From positions 1-56,682 of IMG/VR virus record IMGVR_UViG_3300022929_000030: DNA of 56,682 bases; one strand, 5' to 3'. Below, in pieces: positions 34,231 to 42,958 of this stretch. The translations under genes were made by a program, and so were the position numbers. The stretch comes from a virus (Duplodnaviria > Caudoviricetes). Position 1 is the first letter of the stretch; each line of letters starts with the position of its first letter. The notes under the pieces are model-generated. The model was not told the origin of the DNA, did no database searches, and saw only the letters and a list, made by a program, of their open reading frames with translations.

Positions 34231-36135
34231 CTATATCTCTTTAGTTTCGCCCCAAGATGGGCCGATGTCAATATCGCATTTGTTTGGAATGCAAAGAGAA
34301 ATGGAGTTTTCCATTATTTCTCTAATTTCTTTGGCTTTATCTAAGCTGTCCACGCTAAATGCCAGTTCGTCATGCACCTGAAGAAGCGGGGTGTGCCCTG
34401 CTTTGTAGACTTCTAACCATGCTTTCTTGGTCATATCCGCGGCCGAGGCTTGAATAAGCCTGTTGAGGGCCTTGTATGTCATGGCGCGCTTGAGCCGGGT
34501 AGTTGGCCCGTGGGCCGCGACGGCTTCTTGGTAGGGCATGGCCTTGTGCATATCAAACGTGTCTGGCTCCCAAAGGTTAAAGCGGCACTTTCTGCCGTGC
34601 AGCGAGCGCACAGAGCCGCTTGACCGGGGGTCTTCTAGCCTCCTTTGCACGCCTGAGTTTAGTTGCTTTAGAAAAGGCAACGTGGAGTTGAATTGTTTCA
34701 GTATTGCGCGGGCTTCGTCCACTGAAACGTCTAATTCCCCGGAGAGTTTATTAACGCCCATGCCGTAAATAATGCCGAGGCCGACAGATTTAGCGGCTTT
34801 ACGTTTGAGCCCGGTCATTTCAGCCACCATGGTATGAAAATCGGTGTTGGGATCGTTGGTGTAGGCGTCTACCATCTCGGCCACGCCCGCTAATTGGGAC
34901 CGGGTGCTTTTACCGTAGGCATCTGCATAATGGACCGCGATGCGCGGTTCTTGTTGCGAGAAGTCAATGGACGCCCATTGTTCACCTTCTTCTGGCAGGA
35001 ACAGGCTTCGGATCATTGGGCCTAGCTCCGGGTCGCGGGCCGGGATTTGTTGAAGGTTGGGGTTAGACATGGACACGCGGCCGCTGACTGTGCCGCCATC
35101 TTCTGATCGGATTTGGTTTATGTGCCCGTGGATCCGCCCATCTGGTCCCACGTAGCGCAGCAAGCCGTCAATAAAGGTGCCGTTTATTTTGTTATACGCC
35201 CGCGCTTGCACAATTGATTGCGCCAATTCGTGCGGATGTTCTGAGAGAAATTGTTTAGTAAACGAGGGAGCGCCTTTTTCTGTGCGCGGATATTCCAGAC
35301 CGGTTTTATCAAAGGCTTGGGCTATTGATTGTGCTGCCCATATTTCTACATCCTTTCCTACAATATCTTTAATCTTTTTTAACAGACCCTTTTCTCTTTT
35401 CAAAACGGTTTGTTTGGATCTTTCCGCTAAATCTAGGTTTACGCGCACGCCCTTTAGGGTCATGTCCACAAGGCATGGAAGTAAGCTGTTTTCTAGCTCC
35501 CAAATAGACCAAAGATCCTCGCGGTTTATCTCTGTCTTAAAGTGGTTCCAGAGTTCCAAGGTCAGTGTTGCGTCGCCCTCGGCATACCCTCCGACATACA
35601 TTGCTGGCAGCTTCCACATTTCGCTTTTGGGGTCTACGCCAAATTCCCGCGCGGCTTCTTTCAGCCCCTTTTCCGCCTTGGTTTTGCCCAGATAATCGTA
35701 TCCCAACGCATTGAGCGCATAACTAAAGCGGTTTTCGTCCAGCAAGTTTGCCGTGACCATGGTGTCAATAATACGGCCGTTGACATTGTAGCCGTCTGCG
35801 CGCAGCCAACCCAAATCATACTGGGCGTTGTGCATTATTTTATCGCCGGGCGAGTTTAATTGTTTTTGTAACCAGCGCCGTACTATTTTTTCATCTAAGT
35901 TGCCGCCGCCCCAATGGCGGACCGGGATGTACCCGGACCAGCCGCTTGTCGCAACAGCAAAGCCAATGATTTCCCCGTCCTTTGTGGGCCAGCCGGGCCC
36001 TTTGTTTTTAAGGTTGGGGTCTTTGGTTTCAAGGTCGATACAAAGCTCCGTTGCATCGGTTAAATCCGGCAGTTCGCTCGGGGGCACCCATTCCGTTTTG
36101 GGCGGGAACATTGGCATTTGCATTTTTGTTTGCAT
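34231..36135 (-). CDS. polA: DNA polymerase, family A (3'-5' exonuclease plus polymerase)
   Basis: ExoI IDLET, HNAQYD, YAEGD; polymerase motifs SNPNLQQIP, DFSQQEPR, KxxxxGIIYG, IQASAAD, QVHDEL. Confidence 0.95.
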   Translation of the reverse strand: MQTKMQMPMFPPKTEWVPPSELPDLTDATELCIDLETKDPNLKNKGPGWPTKDGEIIGFAVATSGWSGYIPVRHWGGGNLDEKIVRRWLQKQLNSPGDKIMHNAQYDLGWLRADGYNVNGRIIDTMVTANLLDENRFSYALNALGYDYLGKTKAEKGLKEAAREFGVDPKSEMWKLPAMYVGGYAEGDATLTLELWNHFKTEINREDLWSIWELENSLLPCLVDMTLKGVRVNLDLAERSKQTVLKREKGLLKKIKDIVGKDVEIWAAQSIAQAFDKTGLEYPRTEKGAPSFTKQFLSEHPHELAQSIVQARAYNKINGTFIDGLLRYVGPDGRIHGHINQIRSEDGGTVSGRVSMSNPNLQQIPARDPELGPMIRSLFLPEEGEQWASIDFSQQEPRIAVHYADAYGKSTRSQLAGVAEMVDAYTNDPNTDFHTMVAEMTGLKRKAAKSVGLGIIYGMGVNKLSGELDVSVDEARAILKQFNSTLPFLKQLNSGVQRRLEDPRSSGSVRSLHGRKCRFNLWEPDTFDMHKAMPYQEAVAAHGPTTRLKRAMTYKALNRLIQASAADMTKKAWLEVYKAGHTPLLQVHDELAFSVDSLDKAKEIREIMENSISLCIPNKCDIDIGPSWGETKEI

Positions 36136-36542
36136 TACGTTTGACTGCTTTTGAATGTGGGCAGGGTAACGTCGGGATGTTTTTCCTGCACTTCTGCCAT
36201 AATTTTCTCAACAGGCTCGTTTATACGGCCGTTGCCTTTAAAGAGGTTTAGCGGTTTTTGGGCTTTGGTATTCTGCTCGGAGGCAAACTCCGCTCCCAAC
36301 CCGGTGTACCCCGCCTTGTCGATCCACGAATCCATGTGGTCTATCGTTTCTAACAGGCGACTGGTTTTTACCCAATCCATCATTAGCGCCACATGCGCGG
36401 GGGTTACTTCCCCCACAGACTTGAGAATGATGTTCCATCCATCCGCTATGCGCTGATGATTGGCAAAAGCGTCCCCATAATCTTTTGCCCGTGGGCCGTT
36501 AATAAGCTCTTTTGCTTTGTCCAAAATTTCGTCTCTTTTCAT
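36135..36542 (-). CDS. DUF6378-like protein (nucleotide kinase / pyrophosphatase-associated family)
   Basis: INGPRAKDYG...RIADGW...VALMM...K-x-x-R...DSWIDKAGY (family recalled). Confidence 0.7.
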   Translation of the reverse strand: MKRDEILDKAKELINGPRAKDYGDAFANHQRIADGWNIILKSVGEVTPAHVALMMDWVKTSRLLETIDHMDSWIDKAGYTGLGAEFASEQNTKAQKPLNLFKGNGRINEPVEKIMAEVQEKHPDVTLPTFKSSQT

Positions 36543-36550
36543 ATCTGCCT

Positions 36551-38056
36551 CTATAGTTGATAGCTTCGTGTTACGTCTTGGGGGTCCACTATGTAGAGAT
36601 TTTTCCGCGTTCTTGTGACCCCCACATAAAACACGCGGTGCATATCGTCGCCCATCTCTCTCAAGGCAGCCGACGTTAGATCGGTAAAAATAACCACGTT
36701 ATCCGCTTCGCCACCTTTAGCGCCGTGGATCGTGGACAGTTTAATGCGGGGCACGGCGTTAAACTTCTCCCCGCTCCGCAATAGGGCCGTGATATACACC
36801 CGGTCAAAATCGGGCATTTTATCCATGGCCTCGTGCCACACCATATCGTCTTGTACCAAAAGACCATGGCGTTCCTGTAAGTCGGCTAACGTGAAAAACT
36901 TGTCTTCGTCGTGCGATTTAAATCGCTTAAAGCCGCGCTTTATGTGCTTTCCGTTTCCGGACATATAATCGTAAATATTTTGCGCTGTTTTGCAATCAAT
37001 ACTTTTACCCCGGCGCATTTGCTCCCATCCGTTGACGGAGCTACTTACTTTTTCTGATATGGACCGGTGGCCGTTGCGCTCGAACAAATATCCGTTGTAC
37101 TTCAGGGTTTCCGCTACCGGGGACAGCATATAGTTTGCCTGCGCCATAACCAGCCAATCGCCCTCCGACATGTCCATGTCCCCGACGCTATAGATCCGTT
37201 CTACTTTACCGCGTTCTTTACGGGGCAGATACTTCTTTGGAAAGCGTCGGATTATTCGGGAGGCCACTTGCTCGGCCACGGCATGGACTTCTGCGGGGAT
37301 CCGATAGGATTGCTCTAATACGTCTGAGCCGCCCTCTAGGTTAATGAAGTGGTCAACATCCGCACCGGCCCAACGATAGATGGCTTGGTCATCATCTCCC
37401 GCGCAATACATGCGGTCGGACAAGTCGTCTAACGCGTGGGCAATGTCCCACTGCACGGGGGACAAGTCTTGCGCTTCGTCCATAAAGCAAAGCTTGAACC
37501 GTGGGCAGTGAAAGACGGCTTTCTCTGCAAAAGAGATCAGCATGTCTGTGTAGTCTACAAGCCCCTGCACTTCTTTGTATGCAGTGTAGGAGCGATTAAC
37601 ATAGTCTACCTCAGCCCATGTTTCGTTTAACTGGCTGCGGTCGTATTCTTCAATAAGTTTGCTTTTCTTGAGCCGGGAGAGGTTTATAAGTTGCAGGATC
37701 GGGTGATCCGACGAAACCATTATACTGTCGTCATCATCAGAGATTTTAGTCACGCTTAGCGCCATGCCTATTTTGAGAGACAATTCATCATAATGCTCTG
37801 GCTGCATAAGCTGACTGTCTTTAAGTCCCAGCATACGATAGGCAAGAGAATGCAGCGTGCGAAAGTACGGCAGATCGTTTTCTGGATCTAGGTTAAACCG
37901 AACGGCGGCGCGTTCCTTGGCCTCATTTGCTGCTTTTCGTGTGAAGGCTAGGAATGCAATTGTATTTGGAGACGTACCATTGGAGAGGGCTTCCTCCACC
38001 ATATTTAACAGTGTTGTAGTTTTTCCCGTACCGGGGGGTCCGAATATTCGATACAT
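36551..38056 (-). CDS. UvrD/Rep-like SF1 helicase
   Basis: GPPGTGKTT, AFTRKAA, TLHS, DEAQD, GDDDQAIY, QSYR, STIHGAKGGE, YVGVTR; probable start 38056. Confidence 0.92.
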   Translation of the reverse strand: MYRIFGPPGTGKTTTLLNMVEEALSNGTSPNTIAFLAFTRKAANEAKERAAVRFNLDPENDLPYFRTLHSLAYRMLGLKDSQLMQPEHYDELSLKIGMALSVTKISDDDDSIMVSSDHPILQLINLSRLKKSKLIEEYDRSQLNETWAEVDYVNRSYTAYKEVQGLVDYTDMLISFAEKAVFHCPRFKLCFMDEAQDLSPVQWDIAHALDDLSDRMYCAGDDDQAIYRWAGADVDHFINLEGGSDVLEQSYRIPAEVHAVAEQVASRIIRRFPKKYLPRKERGKVERIYSVGDMDMSEGDWLVMAQANYMLSPVAETLKYNGYLFERNGHRSISEKVSSSVNGWEQMRRGKSIDCKTAQNIYDYMSGNGKHIKRGFKRFKSHDEDKFFTLADLQERHGLLVQDDMVWHEAMDKMPDFDRVYITALLRSGEKFNAVPRIKLSTIHGAKGGEADNVVIFTDLTSAALREMGDDMHRVFYVGVTRTRKNLYIVDPQDVTRSYQL

Positions 38057-38456
38057 CGTAACCAGCCTCCTTAATTGCTCCAAATAACTCTTTTACAGTG
38101 ACCACCCCGCAGTTGGGGATAGCCAAAAGTTCCGCGGGATCTACAAGATCAATAAACTCTTGCACGCTTAATCCCGGAGGCACGCCGTTACGAATTGCAT
38201 GTGTTGTGCGGATAGATACCAACGGCGGTATAAACTGATCCATCCGAGTAATATTGCTGAAGTCAAAGTACGGCGCGACTTCCTTGGCTTCAGCGTACCA
38301 TCTTTTTAACCTGTCGCGCTTAGCCAACAGCTGGCGCACGCGCTCCCGGGTAATACCAAACTCTTTACCTATCTTGTCATACGAGTATTTAGGCTTGCCC
38401 TTTTCGTTAAGCTCCTGCCGCATGGCATAGATTTTTTCTATTCGCTCTGTCGGCAT
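37923..38456 (-). CDS. Sigma-4-like HTH fused to an RNA polymerase alpha-CTD-like domain
   Basis: SYDKIGKEFGITRERVRQL, then VSIRTTHAIRN...ELLAIPNCGVVTVKEL. Confidence 0.65.
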   Translation of the reverse strand: MPTERIEKIYAMRQELNEKGKPKYSYDKIGKEFGITRERVRQLLAKRDRLKRWYAEAKEVAPYFDFSNITRMDQFIPPLVSIRTTHAIRNGVPPGLSVQEFIDLVDPAELLAIPNCGVVTVKELFGAIKEAGYDVSNIRTPRYGKNYNTVKYGGGSPLQWYVSKYNCIPSLHTKSSK

Positions 38457-40000
38457 TAAAAGGGTGCCTCCATGTTCTGCCCAAAGTCCGGGGTATCAAT
38501 GTCCACACTTACAACATCGTAGGCCGGGATAACCCACAGGCGCACGGCTTTGCCTTTAATTTTCATAACGGTGCTTTCCCCGTTTCTGTCCCGGAGCCGC
38601 TGCGCAATCTTATGGCTTTTGTATTCAAAGAATTTGTTCTTGCGCAGATGCGCTTCAAAGTCTTTCAGCCTAAAGTAAATGCGCCCTTCTTCTTCGTCTG
38701 TATAAGGCCGGCGCAGTAGTATTTCTTCGCGCGTATTGGCCTTTTGCAGCGTCGTACAGAATTCTTCCAGATAATCATAAAACTGTCCGTCAATGGACGC
38801 GTCTTCCGACACTTCCACAATGGCGCCCTCCGTTTCAGTCATGTCTGTTAGCAGTTGATTGATCCGGGCCTCCCACTGCTCTTTCTTCGCGGTCCGTGGA
38901 AGGTGGTTTAATTGCTCGACACAAGAGCGTTGGAATGCCGTCTGGTTCATTAGCGCCTCGGTGTCTAGCTCCAAAGGCTCTCCGTTGACGTCCATAAACC
39001 AAACCGGGGGCAAGGAGTTATACTTACGCAAGTTCGCCACTGTAGCCCCTGTTACAGCCGCTCCCACGCCATACTTACGCGTGCGGCATAGCTCCGAGTT
39101 ACAGTAGCTTTGTATGGGCGCGTCCTTGCACTTATATGCGTATTCTTTTTTCTGTAGCTGCTTGGCCACAATGTTGACTTCGTTAAGGGGCAACGGCGGA
39201 TCTAAATACTGCGCATTATAGGACAGAATTTCGGCTTCCCAGCTATCGGGGTAAGCTTTTCGCAAATAGACGCCCAAATTAAACAGGCCGTTGTTACGGC
39301 CGCCTTCGCTTATTTTTTGTTTGGCAAGGATCTGAAGGCACGGCGGACCGTTGGGAATAACCGCATCCCCGGTATCTTCTATCTTTAGTGCCTGCACTTG
39401 CTCCGGGGTTTGCACATACTGCGCGTACAGCGCGAAAAACTCTTCTAGGGTAGCTGCGCTCCCGTCATCGTGAAACCCGTAGCGTAGGCCGTCCTCTGCG
39501 TTGTAATAGGGCATGTTTAAGAAGTTGCCTACGTCGCCGCGGTCCAAGAACAGCTTTATCTGTTTAGGAAAGATTTCGCAGCCGCCATGCCCAAGCACCG
39601 AAGCAATGTGCCCCAAGACTTCCTGCATCTCTTTTGCCGTGATCCAATCGTCTACAAACAAGAACATATGCGCGCCGCCAGACTTTGATCGACACACGAT
39701 TAAGGGCAGCTTGAGCTTTCGGATTTGCGATATCAAAAGCTTGTGGTCGAGCGGGTAGGTATCTACGTCGATACAGCCCCATTTAACCTTGTTGTCTTCG
39801 TTGATCGGAATAATTCCGATACTGGCCCCTTTTCCTGAAAGGTGCCCCTCCCAATGCTTCGTGGTCCGTGGTTCGCGGACGACTGTTGCTTTCCCTGTAT
39901 TTTTACCGTTTGCCTGTGTTTTATCTATTTTATATGTGCCGTAGGCTTGTTCTAGCCCGGCGAAGATATCCGCAAACTTTTGTGCATCTGACATACCCAT
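38456..40000 (-). CDS. AEP-family primase with PriCT-like domain
   Basis: WGCIDVD (DxD), RSKSGGAH, EIFPKQ, PPCL...EGGRNNGLF. Confidence 0.8.
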   Translation of the reverse strand: MGMSDAQKFADIFAGLEQAYGTYKIDKTQANGKNTGKATVVREPRTTKHWEGHLSGKGASIGIIPINEDNKVKWGCIDVDTYPLDHKLLISQIRKLKLPLIVCRSKSGGAHMFLFVDDWITAKEMQEVLGHIASVLGHGGCEIFPKQIKLFLDRGDVGNFLNMPYYNAEDGLRYGFHDDGSAATLEEFFALYAQYVQTPEQVQALKIEDTGDAVIPNGPPCLQILAKQKISEGGRNNGLFNLGVYLRKAYPDSWEAEILSYNAQYLDPPLPLNEVNIVAKQLQKKEYAYKCKDAPIQSYCNSELCRTRKYGVGAAVTGATVANLRKYNSLPPVWFMDVNGEPLELDTEALMNQTAFQRSCVEQLNHLPRTAKKEQWEARINQLLTDMTETEGAIVEVSEDASIDGQFYDYLEEFCTTLQKANTREEILLRRPYTDEEEGRIYFRLKDFEAHLRKNKFFEYKSHKIAQRLRDRNGESTVMKIKGKAVRLWVIPAYDVVSVDIDTPDFGQNMEAPF

Positions 40001-40011
40001 CCCCTAGATAG

Positions 40012-40039
40012 AAAAGGGCCGCGCACCATACGCGGCCCT
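40012..40039 (-). terminator. Terminator-like hairpin after the SSB gene
   Basis: AGGGCCGCG-7 nt-CGCGGCCCT followed by TTT on the minus strand. Confidence 0.65.
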
Positions 40040-40046
40040 GATTGAC

Positions 40047-40829
40047 TTAAAACGGAATTTCATCCGATTTAGGGTCATCTCCATCTTGAGAATGCTTCAC
40101 TTGCACATCGCCACTGCCGATGCTTGCCGCAAAGGCTTTGCCCTGCCCGTAAAGAGCATAGTCTTCTACGACGCCTTCAAGCCCCATGTCCCAGCCGTGC
40201 CAGCTGCCTTTGCTGTTTTCTTCGCTGACTGAGCGCAGGACGTACACATGGCTAAAACGTGGCGCTTGGAACGGGCCGTTCTTGCCCATCAGGGTGCGCC
40301 CTTGAATCATAGAATTCCACTTGCGCGACTTTTTAAGCTGCGTGGATTTCATTGCGATAAGCGCGGGCTGCGCGCCGCCGTCTTCGTCGAGTACCAAAAC
40401 AAAGTGTTGGTGAGTTTCTTCGATATACGTTCCGCTACCGCCAACGACGTATTCACGGTTGTCGTCTTTGCTACGTTCCGTTTGCGGGCGCTTTTCTTCT
40501 GGTGTGAAAATATTGACGGGTGCGCCGGTGCCCACGCCTCTTGGCGCCCATTCGATAAAGCGACGTTGGTATGCGCAAGGCAGAACACGGATACCGTCTT
40601 TGCCTTTATAGACGTCTCCGGTCACGGTGTTGTAGATATCGCCTTTGCGGCCATCGAAATTGTCGTCATCCAGAAGCGGATCAAGGCCGGACAAGATTTT
40701 AAGAAACGGTAACGCAAGATCGTCTTGCGTCATGTTTTCGTTGCCGGAACCGGCGTCGGCTTCAAACATACCGGGATCGAATTCTTGCACCTCGGACTTT
40801 TTTGCTTTTGTTACTGCTTTACCGGCCAT
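40047..40829 (-). CDS. Putative single-stranded DNA-binding protein
   Basis: 260 aa in the replication block with an acidic C-terminal SDEIPF tail. Confidence 0.65.
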   Translation of the reverse strand: MAGKAVTKAKKSEVQEFDPGMFEADAGSGNENMTQDDLALPFLKILSGLDPLLDDDNFDGRKGDIYNTVTGDVYKGKDGIRVLPCAYQRRFIEWAPRGVGTGAPVNIFTPEEKRPQTERSKDDNREYVVGGSGTYIEETHQHFVLVLDEDGGAQPALIAMKSTQLKKSRKWNSMIQGRTLMGKNGPFQAPRFSHVYVLRSVSEENSKGSWHGWDMGLEGVVEDYALYGQGKAFAASIGSGDVQVKHSQDGDDPKSDEIPF

Positions 40830-40830
40830 C

Positions 40831-41400
40831 TTACTTTCCTCCTTTAATGGTTGCGCGCTGTGAAATATATGCGCCGAAGACTTCCATGGGGAATTCTTCC
40901 CCGTTTTCTACCCGCTCACGTATCCACGCCTTGAGCGTGCTTGCGTGAACGTCTTGTTTTTGTTGGGCTACATAGCCTTTGGCCGATGCAATTGCGTAAA
41001 ATTCTTCCGCTTTATTGTCTTCGCCCCGACCAAATTGGCATGATACGACGTTCTTAATTATGTCGTCATGGCCGTTGTTGCGCAGCCATTCAAAGGCCGC
41101 TTCTTTGTTGTTTGCAGAGATATGGCCTGCATATAAAGGCTTTATCTCTACCTTAGACCCATCGTCTAAAGTAAACGAAGATACGCCCATTTCTTGCAGG
41201 ACAGACGGCAAGTCTTCATCCGTCATTTTCAAAAGGTCTTTCTTTTTTTCTTTAAGAAATTCTTCTGCCCGTTTGATTTCGTCTTCGGCTTCCCGAATAC
41301 GGCGCGCTATTTTGCCTACTGACTTTAGGCCGTCACCGTCAAAGCTTTCGAGAACGTTTGATGGATCATCACCTTCCATCATGTCGAGTAAACTACTCAT
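40831..41400 (-). CDS. Conserved replication-module protein
   Basis: 189 aa, AFEWLRNNGHDDIIKN...VHASTLKAW; GGAG RBS. Confidence 0.7.
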   Translation of the reverse strand: MSSLLDMMEGDDPSNVLESFDGDGLKSVGKIARRIREAEDEIKRAEEFLKEKKKDLLKMTDEDLPSVLQEMGVSSFTLDDGSKVEIKPLYAGHISANNKEAAFEWLRNNGHDDIIKNVVSCQFGRGEDNKAEEFYAIASAKGYVAQQKQDVHASTLKAWIRERVENGEEFPMEVFGAYISQRATIKGGK

Positions 41401-41506
41401 GTCTTTCTCCGTGGTTCGTGTTTCGTGGCTCGTGATTAAAGAGGTTTTTGGCCCCTTGCATATCGCATATAATTATATATATTGGAGGCGTCAAGGAGAA
41501 AATGCA

Positions 41507-42958
41507 ATGTACAGATTTAAAACAGAGCCGTATGACCATCAGCGTACCGCGTTCAATGACTCGTGGGCCGCGGAGTATTACGCGTTGTTTATGGAAATGG
41601 GAACGGGGAAAACCAAGGTCGCCATTGATACCATTGCCGCGTTGTACGAAGAAGGCCGTATAGACGCTGCTTTAATACTGGCACCAAAAGGAGTTTATGA
41701 CAACTGGGTGCAGGGAGAAATTCCTATTCATTTGCCGGACCGCATTGAGCGCGAGGTTCTGCGCTGGCAAGCCAACGCCACTAAAGGGTTTAAAGAAAAG
41801 CTGCGCAACTTTGCCATTCCGAGCAAAGACCGCAAGCCTATGCTGCGCTTGTTTGTTATGAACATTGAGGCCCTGTCTACGGGTAAAGGCGCGGATACCG
41901 CTTGCGACTTTTTGCGACTAAACAAGAATTCTATTATGGTCGTGGACGAAAGCACCACAATTAAAAACCGCCAAGCCCAGCGCACAAAGAACGTCGTAAA
42001 ATGTGGTCGCTTGGCTAAGTATCGCCGGATCCTGACAGGCTCCCCAATTACTAAGTCCCCTATGGACCTTTTTAGCCAATGCGATTTTTTGGAGGAACGA
42101 TGCCTTGGATTTAACAGCTATTATGCGTATCAAAGCCGCTACGCCGTAGTACAAAAACGTACCATGGGACACCGCAGCTTCCAAGAAATTACGGGCTACC
42201 AACGGCTGGACGAGCTTAACACAAAGCTAGACCGCATTAGCAACCGGGTGTTGAAAGAAGACTGCTTAGACTTGCCTGAAAAGGTGTATATTAGTCGGCG
42301 CGTACCGCTCACCAAAGAGCAGGAAACGGCGTATATACAAATGAAAAAGCTGGCCTTGGCTCAGCTGGAAAATGGCGAACTAGCCACAACGCAATCGGTC
42401 TTGACGCAAATCATGCGCCTGCAACAAATATGTTGCGGCTTTCTGCGCACCGATGACGAAGAAATAGTAGCATTACCTAACAAACGTCTGGATGAACTTA
42501 TGTCCATCGTAGACGAGCTTCAGGGTAAGGCAATCATCTGGGCAACGTGGACACACGACATACATATGATTGCTGATGCCCTGCGCCGCCGCTTTGGCCC
42601 AGAAGCGGCGGCAACTTATTACGGAGGCACGCCTCAAGACGAACGGCAGCAAATTGTTACCGACTTCCAAAACCCTAACTCTCCGTTGCGGTTCTTTATT
42701 GGCCAGCCAAAAACCGGGGGCTACGGCATTACTTTAACCGCCGCTCAAACCATGATCTACTATTCCAACAGCTATGATCTGGAAATACGGCTACAGTCCG
42801 AGGACCGCGCGCACCGGATTGGGCAAAAGGGAACAGTAACGTATATTGATTTAATGGCGCCAAAAACCATTGACGAAAAAATCATTAGCGCCCTGCGCGA
42901 CAAAATTGATATTGCCGGCAAGGTGCTGGGGGAAAATGCAAAGCAGTGGCTTATCTAG
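41507..42958 (+). CDS. SNF2-family (SF2) helicase
   Basis: True start 41507 (MYRFKTEPYDHQ) after AGGAG; MEMGTGKT, VVDES, LTGSP, GYGITL, QSEDRAHRIGQ. Confidence 0.92.
   Translation: MYRFKTEPYDHQRTAFNDSWAAEYYALFMEMGTGKTKVAIDTIAALYEEGRIDAALILAPKGVYDNWVQGEIPIHLPDRIEREVLRWQANATKGFKEKLRNFAIPSKDRKPMLRLFVMNIEALSTGKGADTACDFLRLNKNSIMVVDESTTIKNRQAQRTKNVVKCGRLAKYRRILTGSPITKSPMDLFSQCDFLEERCLGFNSYYAYQSRYAVVQKRTMGHRSFQEITGYQRLDELNTKLDRISNRVLKEDCLDLPEKVYISRRVPLTKEQETAYIQMKKLALAQLENGELATTQSVLTQIMRLQQICCGFLRTDDEEIVALPNKRLDELMSIVDELQGKAIIWATWTHDIHMIADALRRRFGPEAAATYYGGTPQDERQQIVTDFQNPNSPLRFFIGQPKTGGYGITLTAAQTMIYYSNSYDLEIRLQSEDRAHRIGQKGTVTYIDLMAPKTIDEKIISALRDKIDIAGKVLGENAKQWLI

Noticed and set aside
29251-36135. 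Assignment to HMO-2011-type phages via a DnaJ-containing polymerase
   Set aside because: The CxxCxGxG finger is a stand-alone gene, and the polymerase has no such insertion.
41015-41506. 164-aa N-terminal extension of the SNF2 helicase in the ORF track
   Set aside because: It is antisense to the real gene at 40831-41400; the RBS and helicase motifs indicate a start at 41507.
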